Source of the DNA: a virus
Length of the DNA stretch: 64,000 bases
Virus record (IMG/VR): IMGVR_UViG_3300049734_000086
Span: 10,431 to 74,430 of that record
Reading direction: 5' to 3' (one strand)
Within the stretch, counting starts at the first letter, position 1. Each line of letters opens with the position of its first letter. The translations under genes were made by a program, and so were the position numbers. The notes below the pieces were generated by a model that was given only the letters and a program-made list of their open reading frames with translations, was not told the DNA's origin and did no database searches. Shown in pieces: positions 42,749 through 51,607 of this stretch.

Positions 42749-43663
42749 GTGGCCCGCACCTACAACTGGTCCTGGCCCCCCAAAGGGGTCAGGCCCGAGG
42801 CCTGGAAAGCCACCGAGACCATCTGCAAAGAGGCGATCAAGCGGAGCGGGACCACCACCTGCTCCTGCGCCTTCTCCACCGGCAAGGACTCGCTGGCGAT
42901 GATGATTGCGCTCCACCACTTCTTCGAGACCGTGGTCCCCGTGTTCTGGTACCACGTGCCCAACCTCGGGTTCATCGAACGGAGCCTGGAGTACTACGAG
43001 CGGGTGTTCAAGACCCAGACGGTCAGACTGCCTCACCCGTACCGCTTCTACCACTTCTCCTACTTCCAGCTCCAGCCGCCCGACCGGATCGCGGCCATGG
43101 ACTGGATCATGGCGGAGGTTCCTGATTTCACCATGGACTCCCTGTTCGGCGAGGTGCGGACCCAGTACGGCCTCGACAAGCTGGGAGGCTCGAAGATCGG
43201 GGCGATGCACGCCACCGGGATCCGGGCGGCCGACTCCCCGATCCGGGCCAGTCTCTACCGCAAGCACGGCGGGTTCGCGCCCGCTGGCCTGCTGTTCTAC
43301 CCAGTGATCACCTGGAACCTCGACGACATCGAGGCGGCCTTGGACCACACCGGCCTGATGCTGCCGCCCGAGTACCGCTTCATCGGCCGCAGCTTCGACG
43401 GCATCATGCGGCGCTACACGACACCAGTGAAGGAGCATTGGCCGGAGGACTGGGTCAAGATCCTCGACGACTTCCCGCTGGCCGACCTGGAGTTCTTCCG
43501 GGCCGAGAAGGTCACACCGCCGGAGCTGCTGAAGCCGCTCTACAAGTTCATCGGACGCGAGGGACCGAAGATGAGCGATACTCTCCGCCGGGAGGAGACC
43601 GCACATGCAACCGACTCGACTCGCCCTGGTGACCGCCCTCGTCGCCGTCGCCCTGACCGCTAG
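42749..43663 (+). CDS. phosphoadenosine phosphosulfate reductase-family (PP-loop) protein
   Basis: AFSTGKDS, TGIRAADS..R, YPVITW. Confidence 0.8.
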   Translation: MARTYNWSWPPKGVRPEAWKATETICKEAIKRSGTTTCSCAFSTGKDSLAMMIALHHFFETVVPVFWYHVPNLGFIERSLEYYERVFKTQTVRLPHPYRFYHFSYFQLQPPDRIAAMDWIMAEVPDFTMDSLFGEVRTQYGLDKLGGSKIGAMHATGIRAADSPIRASLYRKHGGFAPAGLLFYPVITWNLDDIEAALDHTGLMLPPEYRFIGRSFDGIMRRYTTPVKEHWPEDWVKILDDFPLADLEFFRAEKVTPPELLKPLYKFIGREGPKMSDTLRREETAHATDSTRPGDRPRRRRPDR

Positions 43664-44552
43664 AGGCCACACGCAAGTCCGCGAACTCGAACTGCTGGTG
43701 GTGATGGACGGGGAGTTCACCCAGCGCATCGCCCCCACCACGCCCCAGCAGTGGCTCGACGCCCTGGTGACGGAGTCCAATGTCTGGTGGGAGAGGGACC
43801 TGGGCATCCGGCTCAAGGTCGTCCGCCTCGACGCCTTTCCCGACCCGGCGACCGACCCGTTCACGGCGGCCACGGACAACCCACAGGGCACGCTCGACGA
43901 GATCTCGGCCTACGGCAATGCAGTCAGTACCCCCCGAGACGCCGCGCATCTGTTCACCGGCCGCGCGATGATGTACGGCGGCTACACCTACGTCGGGGTG
44001 ACGTGCAAGCACCCGGCGTTCAGTTATGGCTGGTCGCAGTTGGGGTTCTGGGGCTACAACTGGACGATTGCCGTGGCGAGCGTGGAGCTGGCCCACCAGT
44101 TGGCGGGTGTCTACTACGACAACATCCCGAGCTGTGACGGGGCCTTGTTGGGCAAAGGGCCAGCGCCGGAGGACTACCACCAGTACTGGTTCTGCGCCGC
44201 AGCCAAGGCCGACATCGACGCCCACTTGGCGGCCAACCCCCCATGTCTGACCACCGAGGGCGGACCCCCGCCCACCGACACGCAGTCCCCAGTGGTCAGT
44301 ATCATCGAGCCGTCGGGCAATAGGATCCCGGCGGGCCCGACCTTCACCATCTCGGCCCAGGCCACCGACAATGTCGCCGTGGCGCGGGTGGACATGGCGG
44401 TCAATGGCGTGCTGGCGTGTACCGACGACCTGTCGCCCTACGCCTGCACCGCCCCGCAGAACGCGAAGAACAAGAACTACCGGATCGAGGTCCGCGCCTA
44501 CGACACGGCGGGGAACGTCGGGACGGCCAGTAAGACGGTACGAGCACGATGA
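43605..44552 (+). CDS. secreted reprolysin/M12-like domain + Ig-like domain protein, catalytic motif degenerate
   Basis: Signal peptide; RDAAHLFTG, GYTYVGVTC, VELAHQLA in place of HExxH; ATDNVAVARV...AYDTAGN Ig-like domain. Confidence 0.7.
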   Translation: MQPTRLALVTALVAVALTARGHTQVRELELLVVMDGEFTQRIAPTTPQQWLDALVTESNVWWERDLGIRLKVVRLDAFPDPATDPFTAATDNPQGTLDEISAYGNAVSTPRDAAHLFTGRAMMYGGYTYVGVTCKHPAFSYGWSQLGFWGYNWTIAVASVELAHQLAGVYYDNIPSCDGALLGKGPAPEDYHQYWFCAAAKADIDAHLAANPPCLTTEGGPPPTDTQSPVVSIIEPSGNRIPAGPTFTISAQATDNVAVARVDMAVNGVLACTDDLSPYACTAPQNAKNKNYRIEVRAYDTAGNVGTASKTVRAR

Positions 44553-44591
44553 GTCGGATGACCCGAATGATCAAGGAGACGCGCAACCCCT

Positions 44592-45101
44592 ATGGCGAAG
44601 AAACCCCTACCCCCGATGCGGCACATGGTGCGGACCAGCGGCCCTGGTGCCCGCCCGATGACTAAGCCGAAGTCCGGCATCCAGAGCAAAGCGCAGAAGC
44701 AGGCCGAGGAGGACCTGGAGATGACGCCGCTGGAACTGGTCCAGCAGGCCGAGGTCGAACTGGCCAGTATCGCCGCCAGCCGGAACGACCCGAAGAACGT
44801 CGAGTGGCGCAAGGCGCGGATGAAGTCGCAGCAGCAGATGGCCGACGCCAACAATACCGAGTACTGGTGCTGCGTGTGCTTCCAGAGCGAGGAGCAGAAA
44901 CTGGACTTCCTGAAGCAGTCTGGCCTCCTCCGCCACGACGAGGACAAGTACTTCACCGCCCAGGAAGTCGTCGACGCATGGAACGAGGGGAGGAGCCGCA
45001 AGCCCCTGAAGTTGACAGCGGACAGTCGTGGGCACCATACTCTGCCGGTGAACCGGCGATGGTCGCGCTTCGCCATGCCCATTGAGGGGCCTGGGGAATA
45101 G
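44592..45101 (+). CDS. hypothetical protein
   Basis: EYWCCVCFQSEEQK..FL motif; AGGAG RBS. Confidence 0.6.
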   Translation: MAKKPLPPMRHMVRTSGPGARPMTKPKSGIQSKAQKQAEEDLEMTPLELVQQAEVELASIAASRNDPKNVEWRKARMKSQQQMADANNTEYWCCVCFQSEEQKLDFLKQSGLLRHDEDKYFTAQEVVDAWNEGRSRKPLKLTADSRGHHTLPVNRRWSRFAMPIEGPGE

Positions 45102-45166
45102 GTCGCGTCAAGGACCCAGCCGGTCAGAATGCTCACCCCGGAGCCAAGCGGGGAGGGAGACAGAAT

Positions 45167-45364
45167 ATGCAGTACGCATTCACCGGCAAAAATCTCGTGT
45201 CCATGGCGTGTGTCCCGGCGACGGGCGGGGGCCGTGGTGGCCGTCGGCGTCGAGCGGGTCGTCAACCGAATGGCCGTCCCCTCCTGCGTGGGGCTGCGGC
45301 TCGGAGAAGTAACGCGGCGTTCCGGCGTCGACTTCTGAGACTCCAGGAGGCGGGGATCCGCTAA
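45167..45364 (+). CDS. small Arg/Gly-rich basic protein with 14-aa leader
   Basis: Strong GGAGGGAG RBS; last gene before terminator. Confidence 0.6.
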   Translation: MQYAFTGKNLVSMACVPATGGGRGGRRRRAGRQPNGRPLLRGAAARRSNAAFRRRLLRLQEAGIR

Positions 45365-45417
45365 CGGACTGAGGGCAGTCGGCAGTCGGCAACGGTCGAC
45401 GGCCGCAGTCGGCGTAC

Positions 45418-45463
45418 AAGAAAAAACCCCTAACAGGTTCTAAGGGCCTGTTAGGGGTTTCTT
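45418..45463. terminator. bidirectional intrinsic terminator
   Basis: AAACCCCTAACAGG / CCTGTTAGGGGTTT stem with A- and T-tracts between convergent genes. Confidence 0.8.
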
Positions 45464-45656
45464 ACTCTGAGGGTTCAGCCAGTGGTCTACACTGCACTGG
45501 CCCTATAATCCTGCAGCATGTCTCAGGGCCCTGCAGTGGCCAGTACCAGAGGAATAGCAGGCCACAGAAGTTAATGGCCTGCCACTGCTCCACAGCTACT
45601 GTGATTGGGGATCCTAGGTTGGTCCTGTAGGTCAAGAGCTTAGGCTCGATTCTCAT
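45462..45656 (-). CDS. small hypothetical protein (CpG-free island)
   Basis: ATGA-coupled to 45653-45775; ends at terminator. Confidence 0.45.
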   Translation of the reverse strand: MRIEPKLLTYRTNLGSPITVAVEQWQAINFCGLLFLWYWPLQGPETCCRIIGPVQCRPLAEPSE

Positions 45657-45775
45657 CTCAGCACCTTGATTGCTGGCATGTGCTTAGCCTGCCACTGGTC
45701 TACAGCCTGCCTTGCCCCAGTTGCCAGCATGGCAGCCAGGGCAACTAGGACAAGGCCCAGTGTTAGAGTTTTCAT
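45653..45775 (-). CDS. 40-aa membrane/secreted peptide
   Basis: MKTLTLGLVLVALAAMLATG..., GGGAG RBS. Confidence 0.55.
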   Translation of the reverse strand: MKTLTLGLVLVALAAMLATGARQAVDQWQAKHMPAIKVLR

Positions 45776-45818
45776 TCTGTTCTCCCTTGGGTTGGTCAGA
45801 CTGACCTAGCTGGGTTCT

Positions 45819-46448
45819 CTGCCTTTGGTACTGCCCCTGAGAGTGCAGGTTAACTACTCTGACTCTGTGCCCCTGATCTCTAGCCAGTGGGTTGTACTGG
45901 CAGCCTTGATTGCCTCTGCAGGCCTTGCCATGGTTAGCAAGTCTGGTTGTTCGTCTGCTCTGTAGCACAGGCCACAGTAGCATCTAAGGGCCTGTAGTCT
46001 GGCCTTGGGGGTTCTCGACTGCAGCTTGCTACTTGAGCTTTGCTGTGATCTCAACATTGTCCAAGGTCCAGACTTGCCCTTTGTGACAAGGCAGGTTGGC
46101 CAGTGCTCTGTTGATGGCTGCAACCTGGTTAGCTGCTAGCTGCTTTGGCTGGAGGTAGTAGTTGTCCCCATACTGGGAGGCAGCCTTGAGATCTGAGGCA
46201 AGTTCGGCACCCTGAAAAATCATAGAGTGCTTCTTCTTCCCCTTCTCCCCTGCCTTGGTTGCCTCTGTCCTAGCTGGCACCTTGCCCTTGGCTTGGACTG
46301 CCTTGCCCTTGCCCTTGGCTTGGACTGCCTTGACTGCCTTGCCCTTGCCCTTGCCCTTGTTCGACACTGCCTTAACTGGATTCTGCTTAGCCATTGGTCT
46401 CTACTCCTGAAATCTGAAAAGCACTCTCAGGGGCAGTACCAAAGGCAG
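45819..46448. repeat. 28-bp perfect inverted repeat pair (45819-45846 and 46421-46448)
   Basis: CTGCCTTTGGTACTGCCCCTGAGAGTGC and its exact reverse complement. Confidence 0.9.
46029..46394 (-). CDS. Lys-rich protein (KGKGKAV repeats)
   Basis: AGGAG RBS; 121 aa. Confidence 0.7.
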   Translation of the reverse strand: MAKQNPVKAVSNKGKGKGKAVKAVQAKGKGKAVQAKGKVPARTEATKAGEKGKKKHSMIFQGAELASDLKAASQYGDNYYLQPKQLAANQVAAINRALANLPCHKGQVWTLDNVEITAKLK

Positions 46449-46595
46449 GAACCTGTAAGGTCAGTCTGACTTAGGTATTCAGTTGTAAAGAGCATAGGCA
46501 GCCTACCATAGGCCTAGGAGGTCAGATGTTAAATCCATGTTAAATGTGGCCTAGGTGGTCAGACTGTGCAGTCTGGCCTAGCTGGCCAGTTCTCG

Positions 46596-46870
46596 GCAGC
46601 CAGGGCCAGGGCCAGACATGGCAGCCAGGGCCCTAGGATGGCCCTAGGATGGCCAGGGCCAGGACACTAGCAGTCTGGCCAGGGAGGCAGCCAGGGCCCA
46701 AGGGCCAGGGCCAGGGCCCAAGGGCCAGGGCCAGGGCCCAAGGGCCAGGGCCCAAGGGCCAGGGCCAGGGCCAGGGCCAGGGCCAGGGAGGCAGGGAGGC
46801 AGGGAGGCACCATTGATCAGAGTTGGCAGCCAGGGCCAGGGCCAGGGCAGTAGTAGCAGTAGCAGGGCCC
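46596..46870. repeat. (CCAGGG)n / CCCAAGGG tandem repeat tract
   Basis: Direct reading; densest at 46691-46790. Confidence 0.9.
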
Positions 46871-47150
46871 TGAGACGCCCGTCACCACGCCCCACCGTCC
46901 CGCTGACGGCCAGGGTACGATTCGTCAATCGGGCAGCCAGGACCGCAGCCAGGACCGCCCGCGCACGCCCCAGACCCAAGCCCTACCGCTAGTGGTCCGG
47001 GCCGCTAAACCCCCCTACATTGTGGGACTTCCCACGGTCGGGCTTTCCCTCATACACTGCCGCTCGTTCCCATGCGACGGTCTCTCAATCGTCACGCTGG
47101 CCGCCCCACCTCTGCCCGGTCAGCGCCGCCCCTTCCCTGGAGCTACGTAC

Positions 47151-47705
47151 ATGCCGCGACACGCTTCGACCAACGCCGACGACATCGACGCTCGGCGATC
47201 TCAGTACGCACCCGAGGACTTCATCATCCCGAGCAAGGACCATAAGGGCGACTCGGTGCGCGTCTGGAACCGGATCCAACCGGGCCACGACCGCGCCGTG
47301 GCCGTCATCGTCGGCAGTAAGCGGTTCCCCTTCAAGACCCCTGGTGACTGCGTGCGCTGGTGCATCCATCGTGGGCTCAAGACCCTGGAGCAGATGGAGC
47401 CGGTCCCCAGCGTCACCCAGCAGCTCGACGCGATGATGGGGGCGCTGCGTGACGAGGAGTTCCACCAGGAGTTCCAGACCTTCATCCAGCACGCGCAGTC
47501 GGTGATCCAGCGCCACGTGACCGAGGGGTCGCACGGAGAGGCCCGGCGGCTCATCGCCACGCTCAAGGCGGAGGTCCTGAAGATGCCCAAGGGCTACTGG
47601 CGCGAGAAGTACCTCACGGCGATCCAGAGTCAGTTCAAGCACATCCTCGACGAGAAGCGGGCGCGCGTCCACCTGCTCCGCGCCGTCGACGAGGACGAGT
47701 CGTGA
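47151..47705 (+). CDS. hypothetical protein, possible DNA-binding regulator
   Basis: MPRHAST start with GGAG; first gene of replication operon. Confidence 0.55.
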   Translation: MPRHASTNADDIDARRSQYAPEDFIIPSKDHKGDSVRVWNRIQPGHDRAVAVIVGSKRFPFKTPGDCVRWCIHRGLKTLEQMEPVPSVTQQLDAMMGALRDEEFHQEFQTFIQHAQSVIQRHVTEGSHGEARRLIATLKAEVLKMPKGYWREKYLTAIQSQFKHILDEKRARVHLLRAVDEDES

Positions 47706-47832
47706 ACTGGCTCCTCCTCTTTGCCTTCCTCGGTCTGATCTTCCAGGCCGTCAGTCCACTGGCGGTGATCCAGGACATGCTCATCCTGCTGGCGGCGGTG
47801 CTGCTGGTGCTGGCGGTGAGTGGGAGGAAGCC

Positions 47833-48313
47833 ATGGGCGTGAGGAACAAGGCCGAATGGGCGGCCGAGATGAACGGGGTCGCCGCCATTGTCCATCAGGC
47901 GATTCGTGGCGGGATGCGACTGGGACTGAGCCGGGAAGCGGCGGCGCTGGGGGCCCAGATCGGGGTCCTCAGCTTCATGCGCGTGGATGGCGTGAACGAG
48001 GACGATGTGATTCGGGAGGCCAAGAAGGCAGTGCCGGTCGGGCCTCCCGGACGGGTGACGCAGGTATGACCGGCGGCGACGGCCGATGACCACGGTGACC
48101 ACGGAGACCAGTATGACTGCCGATGAAGCACGCAACGCAACGATCGAGGCCCTGGTGCGGGAGGTGGATTACCTGCTCCCCAACGACTATCCGGCGTGGC
48201 TCGAACTCGCCCGTCGCGCCGTTACCACTGAGCGCAAGATCGAGAGCATCGAGGCCCGGGTCACGGCGGCCCTGACCGAGCTGGTGGATGCCGGGTACGG
48301 CCACGGTGTCTGA
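47833..48313 (+). other. two small hypothetical genes (47833-48069, 48086-48313)
   Basis: Short ORFs in operon orientation. Confidence 0.5.
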
Positions 48314-48315
48314 CC

Positions 48316-50028
48316 GTGCGTAGTCGCCAAGTCTATGCCCGCTACCAGCGGCCCAGGGAACCTCTCTTCCCGCCGCCCAACCTCCTCGGAGCGCCCCAGC
48401 GGTTCGCCGAGTGGCGGGCCTTCCAGGACCAAGCCATCTGGGACGCCAGTGAGGCCGACGCCCGCTTCGTCATGCAGGTCGTGCCCACAGGCGCGGGGAA
48501 GTCGCTCATCTACACGATGCTGGCCGTGCTCCTCAAGGCCCGCACCATGGTGCTGACCCGGACCAAGGCCCTGCAGGACCAACTGACGCGGGACTTCGCC
48601 TCCATCGGCCTCAAGTCCATCAAGGGCATGAACGCCTACGTCTGCAACGCCATGCAGCCCGGTGGGGAACTCTACGGCATCTTCGGCCAGCAGCAGATCA
48701 AGGCCGGGCACATCATCGGCTGCGACGAGGGGCCGTGTCGTGTGGGGGCCCACTGCACACTGAAATCCGGGGGGTGCGACTACTACGATGATGTCGAGCG
48801 GGTGAAGCAGGCAGCGTTGGGGGTCTCCAACTACACCTACTGGATGCACCAGCACAAACACGGCAAGGGACTCGGCAAGTACGATCTGTTGGTCCTGGAC
48901 GAAGCCCACGACGCGCCCGACGCCCTCTCCGAGTTCCTGACCGTGAGCCTGGAGGCGTGGCAGTTGGCCAAGATGGGAGCCCAGCCCCTCGACGGGGACG
49001 CCGACTACGACCAGTGGGCGCAGTGGGCCGGGCACTACTGGGTGAAGATCGCGGGCAAGGCCGAGCAACTGGCCATGGAGATCAGACAGGCCCACTCCGA
49101 GCGCCGCAGGGTCAACATGGCCGACGTGGGGGAAGCCAGGATCCTGGGCCAGCTCTCGACCATCCTGGACACCATCCGCAAGATGGACAGCACGTGGGTC
49201 TGCTACACCAGGACCGAGCCGAAGAAGCAGTGGGTGTTCACGCCCGCATGGCCCGCGCCGTGGGCCGAGAAGTCCCTGTTCCTGGGCATCCCCCGGATCA
49301 TCCTGACCTCGGCGACCGTGCGCCCCAAGACGGCTCACTACCTGGGCATCCAGGACAAGGACCTGCACCTGACCGAGTACCCGGCGATCTTCCCGGCAGG
49401 CCGCCGTCCCGTGGTCCACATCCCCACGGCCCGGGTCGTCCACACCTGGGAGCACACCGCCCAGCGCAGGTGGCTGGCGCGCATCGACCAGATCCTTGCC
49501 GCGCGCCCGGATCGCAAGGGCATCATCCACACGGTGTCCTACGCGCGGGCCAAGCAAATCTACTTGAACTCGGAGCACCGGGAGCGCATGATTACGCACT
49601 CGACGGAAGGCACCCGGCTCGCCATCACCAAATTCAAGCAGGCCGACCAGGACTCCGGCAAGGTCCTGGTGAGCCCAAGTGTGACCACGGGGTACGACTT
49701 CCCGTACGAGGAATGCGAGTTTCAGATCATCGTCAAGATCCCGTTCCCCGACTCGCGGGATCCGGTCCTCAAGGCCAGACAGGCCAGCGATGCGGAGTAC
49801 GGGATGTATCAGACCCTGCAGACCCTGGTCCAGGAGTGCGGACGGGGGATGCGGGCCGAGGACGACTACTGCGAGACCTTCATCATCGACGATCTGGTCA
49901 AGTGGGCCGTCTGGCGGCACAAGCATCTGGTGCCCGAATGGTTCCTGGGCACCCTGAAAACCGTGGAGGTGATTCCGGCACCGCCCCCACGGATCAACCG
50001 GAAGCGTGCCGGTGACACTGAGGAGTGA
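48316..50028 (+). CDS. DinG-family SF2 helicase
   Basis: PTGAGKS, LQDQ, Cys cluster, DEAH, LTSAT, KIPFP, QECGRGMR..DD. Confidence 0.88.
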   Translation: MRSRQVYARYQRPREPLFPPPNLLGAPQRFAEWRAFQDQAIWDASEADARFVMQVVPTGAGKSLIYTMLAVLLKARTMVLTRTKALQDQLTRDFASIGLKSIKGMNAYVCNAMQPGGELYGIFGQQQIKAGHIIGCDEGPCRVGAHCTLKSGGCDYYDDVERVKQAALGVSNYTYWMHQHKHGKGLGKYDLLVLDEAHDAPDALSEFLTVSLEAWQLAKMGAQPLDGDADYDQWAQWAGHYWVKIAGKAEQLAMEIRQAHSERRRVNMADVGEARILGQLSTILDTIRKMDSTWVCYTRTEPKKQWVFTPAWPAPWAEKSLFLGIPRIILTSATVRPKTAHYLGIQDKDLHLTEYPAIFPAGRRPVVHIPTARVVHTWEHTAQRRWLARIDQILAARPDRKGIIHTVSYARAKQIYLNSEHRERMITHSTEGTRLAITKFKQADQDSGKVLVSPSVTTGYDFPYEECEFQIIVKIPFPDSRDPVLKARQASDAEYGMYQTLQTLVQECGRGMRAEDDYCETFIIDDLVKWAVWRHKHLVPEWFLGTLKTVEVIPAPPPRINRKRAGDTEE

Positions 50029-50033
50029 ATCGC

Positions 50034-50864
50034 ATGGCGAAAAATGAGAAGCGCGTCTCCCTGCGGCCCGAGGATGCCGTCCAGGGCGGGCTGATCGAAG
50101 ACGTGGATGTCACGTTCAAGGCAGCGGGGTTTCAGTTGTTCGACTACAACGGCAAGGCCGATCCGTGGGTCTGCCTCCGCATCGACATGGAGGACAGTGA
50201 AGGGGATCTGCACGAGCAGTTCTTCTCGGCGGCCAACCCCGATCACTTCGCGCCCTCCAGCGATGGGGACTACATCGTCTCGACCGGCGAGAAGGGATCA
50301 CTGAACAAGGGCTCGAATTACATCGAGTTCATGACCTCGCTGATCAACGCGGGATTCCCCTCCCCGGCGTTGGACGAGGGGATCAGTGCCATCGTGGGGA
50401 CCAAGGTCCACGTGGTCCGCAGGCCCGCGACCGTGCGCCGGGGGATCATCAATCAGGCCGGTGGGGAGAACCAGCGCGAGAAGACTGTGTTGGAAGTGAG
50501 CAAGATCCTGGAGCTGCCCGAGGCCTTGAGGGGGAAGGGTGCGAAGGCGGCGAAGGGGGGTACCAAGACCACGACGGCTACCGCGAGTGGGAAGACCAAC
50601 GGCAAGGCCAAGCAGGTCGAGGAGAGCGAGCTGGACGAGGACGATGTGACGTTGGCCGAGTACGTCAAGGAGCTGCTGGCGGAGGCGGACGGTGAGGACA
50701 TCAAGGTGACCGATCTGGTCCAGAAGGTCTTCGCCGGGTACCCGAAGGGGGAGAACAAGAAGGCCGCCACCAAGCGGGTGATCAAGGAGGACTTCCTGCA
50801 GGCGGCGGCGTCGGCTGGGTACTTCCTCTACGCTGACGGGGAAGTGTCGGCGGTCCCGGAGTAA
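50034..50864 (+). CDS. hypothetical replication protein (possible ssDNA-binding)
   Basis: Beta-rich N-domain, K/T linker, acidic region; between helicase and nuclease. Confidence 0.45.
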   Translation: MAKNEKRVSLRPEDAVQGGLIEDVDVTFKAAGFQLFDYNGKADPWVCLRIDMEDSEGDLHEQFFSAANPDHFAPSSDGDYIVSTGEKGSLNKGSNYIEFMTSLINAGFPSPALDEGISAIVGTKVHVVRRPATVRRGIINQAGGENQREKTVLEVSKILELPEALRGKGAKAAKGGTKTTTATASGKTNGKAKQVEESELDEDDVTLAEYVKELLAEADGEDIKVTDLVQKVFAGYPKGENKKAATKRVIKEDFLQAAASAGYFLYADGEVSAVPE

Positions 50865-50961
50865 GGCGAAGGATGCTGAGGGGGTCGGGGCTAATTGTTC
50901 GGCCCCAGACCCCCGTTCGTCACCCACGGCCCACAAGGTCAGTCTCCCCCAACGAGACCCC

Positions 50962-51606
50962 ATGCTCATCGTCCCGCGCGCCGAGCCTCTGCCTACACTC
51001 CCCCGGACGGCGCGGCCGTACCGCGACCCCGGCATCCACGTCTCGGCCATCATCAAGGACCTGTGCGTGGCCCTGGACCCCGAGCGGTTCGGGGACAACA
51101 AGACCGAGCGGCAACAAGCAGCGGACGGGCGGGACGAGTTCTACGAGGACCTGGAAGAGAACCCCAAGATCTGGCTCGGGCAGGCGGTGGACCAGTACCT
51201 CACCGCTTGCCGCAGCCGGTCGGGGTCCCTGGCCTTCCGCCCCCTGGCCGTGAAGCACCAAGGCGTGTGGGCCAGCACCGATCTCATCGTCCTGACCGAC
51301 GAGCCGCCACGGCCCAGGCTCCCGGGGGACTCAGACGACCTGCTGGTCGAGGAATTCAAACTGACCTGGATGTCCGTCCGGTCTGGGATCGAGGACCGCA
51401 AGTTCGTTCATTGGTTCTGGCAGATCAAGTGGTACGCCTGGGTCCTAGAGACGGTGCGGGCCCGGCTGCGGGTCTACTTCGTCAACGGGGACTACGGGCC
51501 GCCGAGGCCGCAGTACCGGGTCTGGGATCTGCTGTTCACGTATCGGGAATTGGAGACCAACGCAATGATGTTGCTCGGGCACGCACGGAAGCGAGGCTTA
51601 CTCTGA
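50962..51606 (+). CDS. PD-(D/E)XK (Cas4-like) exonuclease
   Basis: HVS, STD, EEFKLT, QIKWY. Confidence 0.7.
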   Translation: MLIVPRAEPLPTLPRTARPYRDPGIHVSAIIKDLCVALDPERFGDNKTERQQAADGRDEFYEDLEENPKIWLGQAVDQYLTACRSRSGSLAFRPLAVKHQGVWASTDLIVLTDEPPRPRLPGDSDDLLVEEFKLTWMSVRSGIEDRKFVHWFWQIKWYAWVLETVRARLRVYFVNGDYGPPRPQYRVWDLLFTYRELETNAMMLLGHARKRGLL

Positions 51607-51607
51607 C

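Noticed and set aside
46644-46979. PGPGPW-repeat ORF
   Set aside because: Translation of the (CCAGGG)n tract
50962-51606. Cas4 as part of a CRISPR adaptation module
   Set aside because: Sits with a Sak4-like ATPase and helicase in a standard phage recombination context; no cas1/cas2
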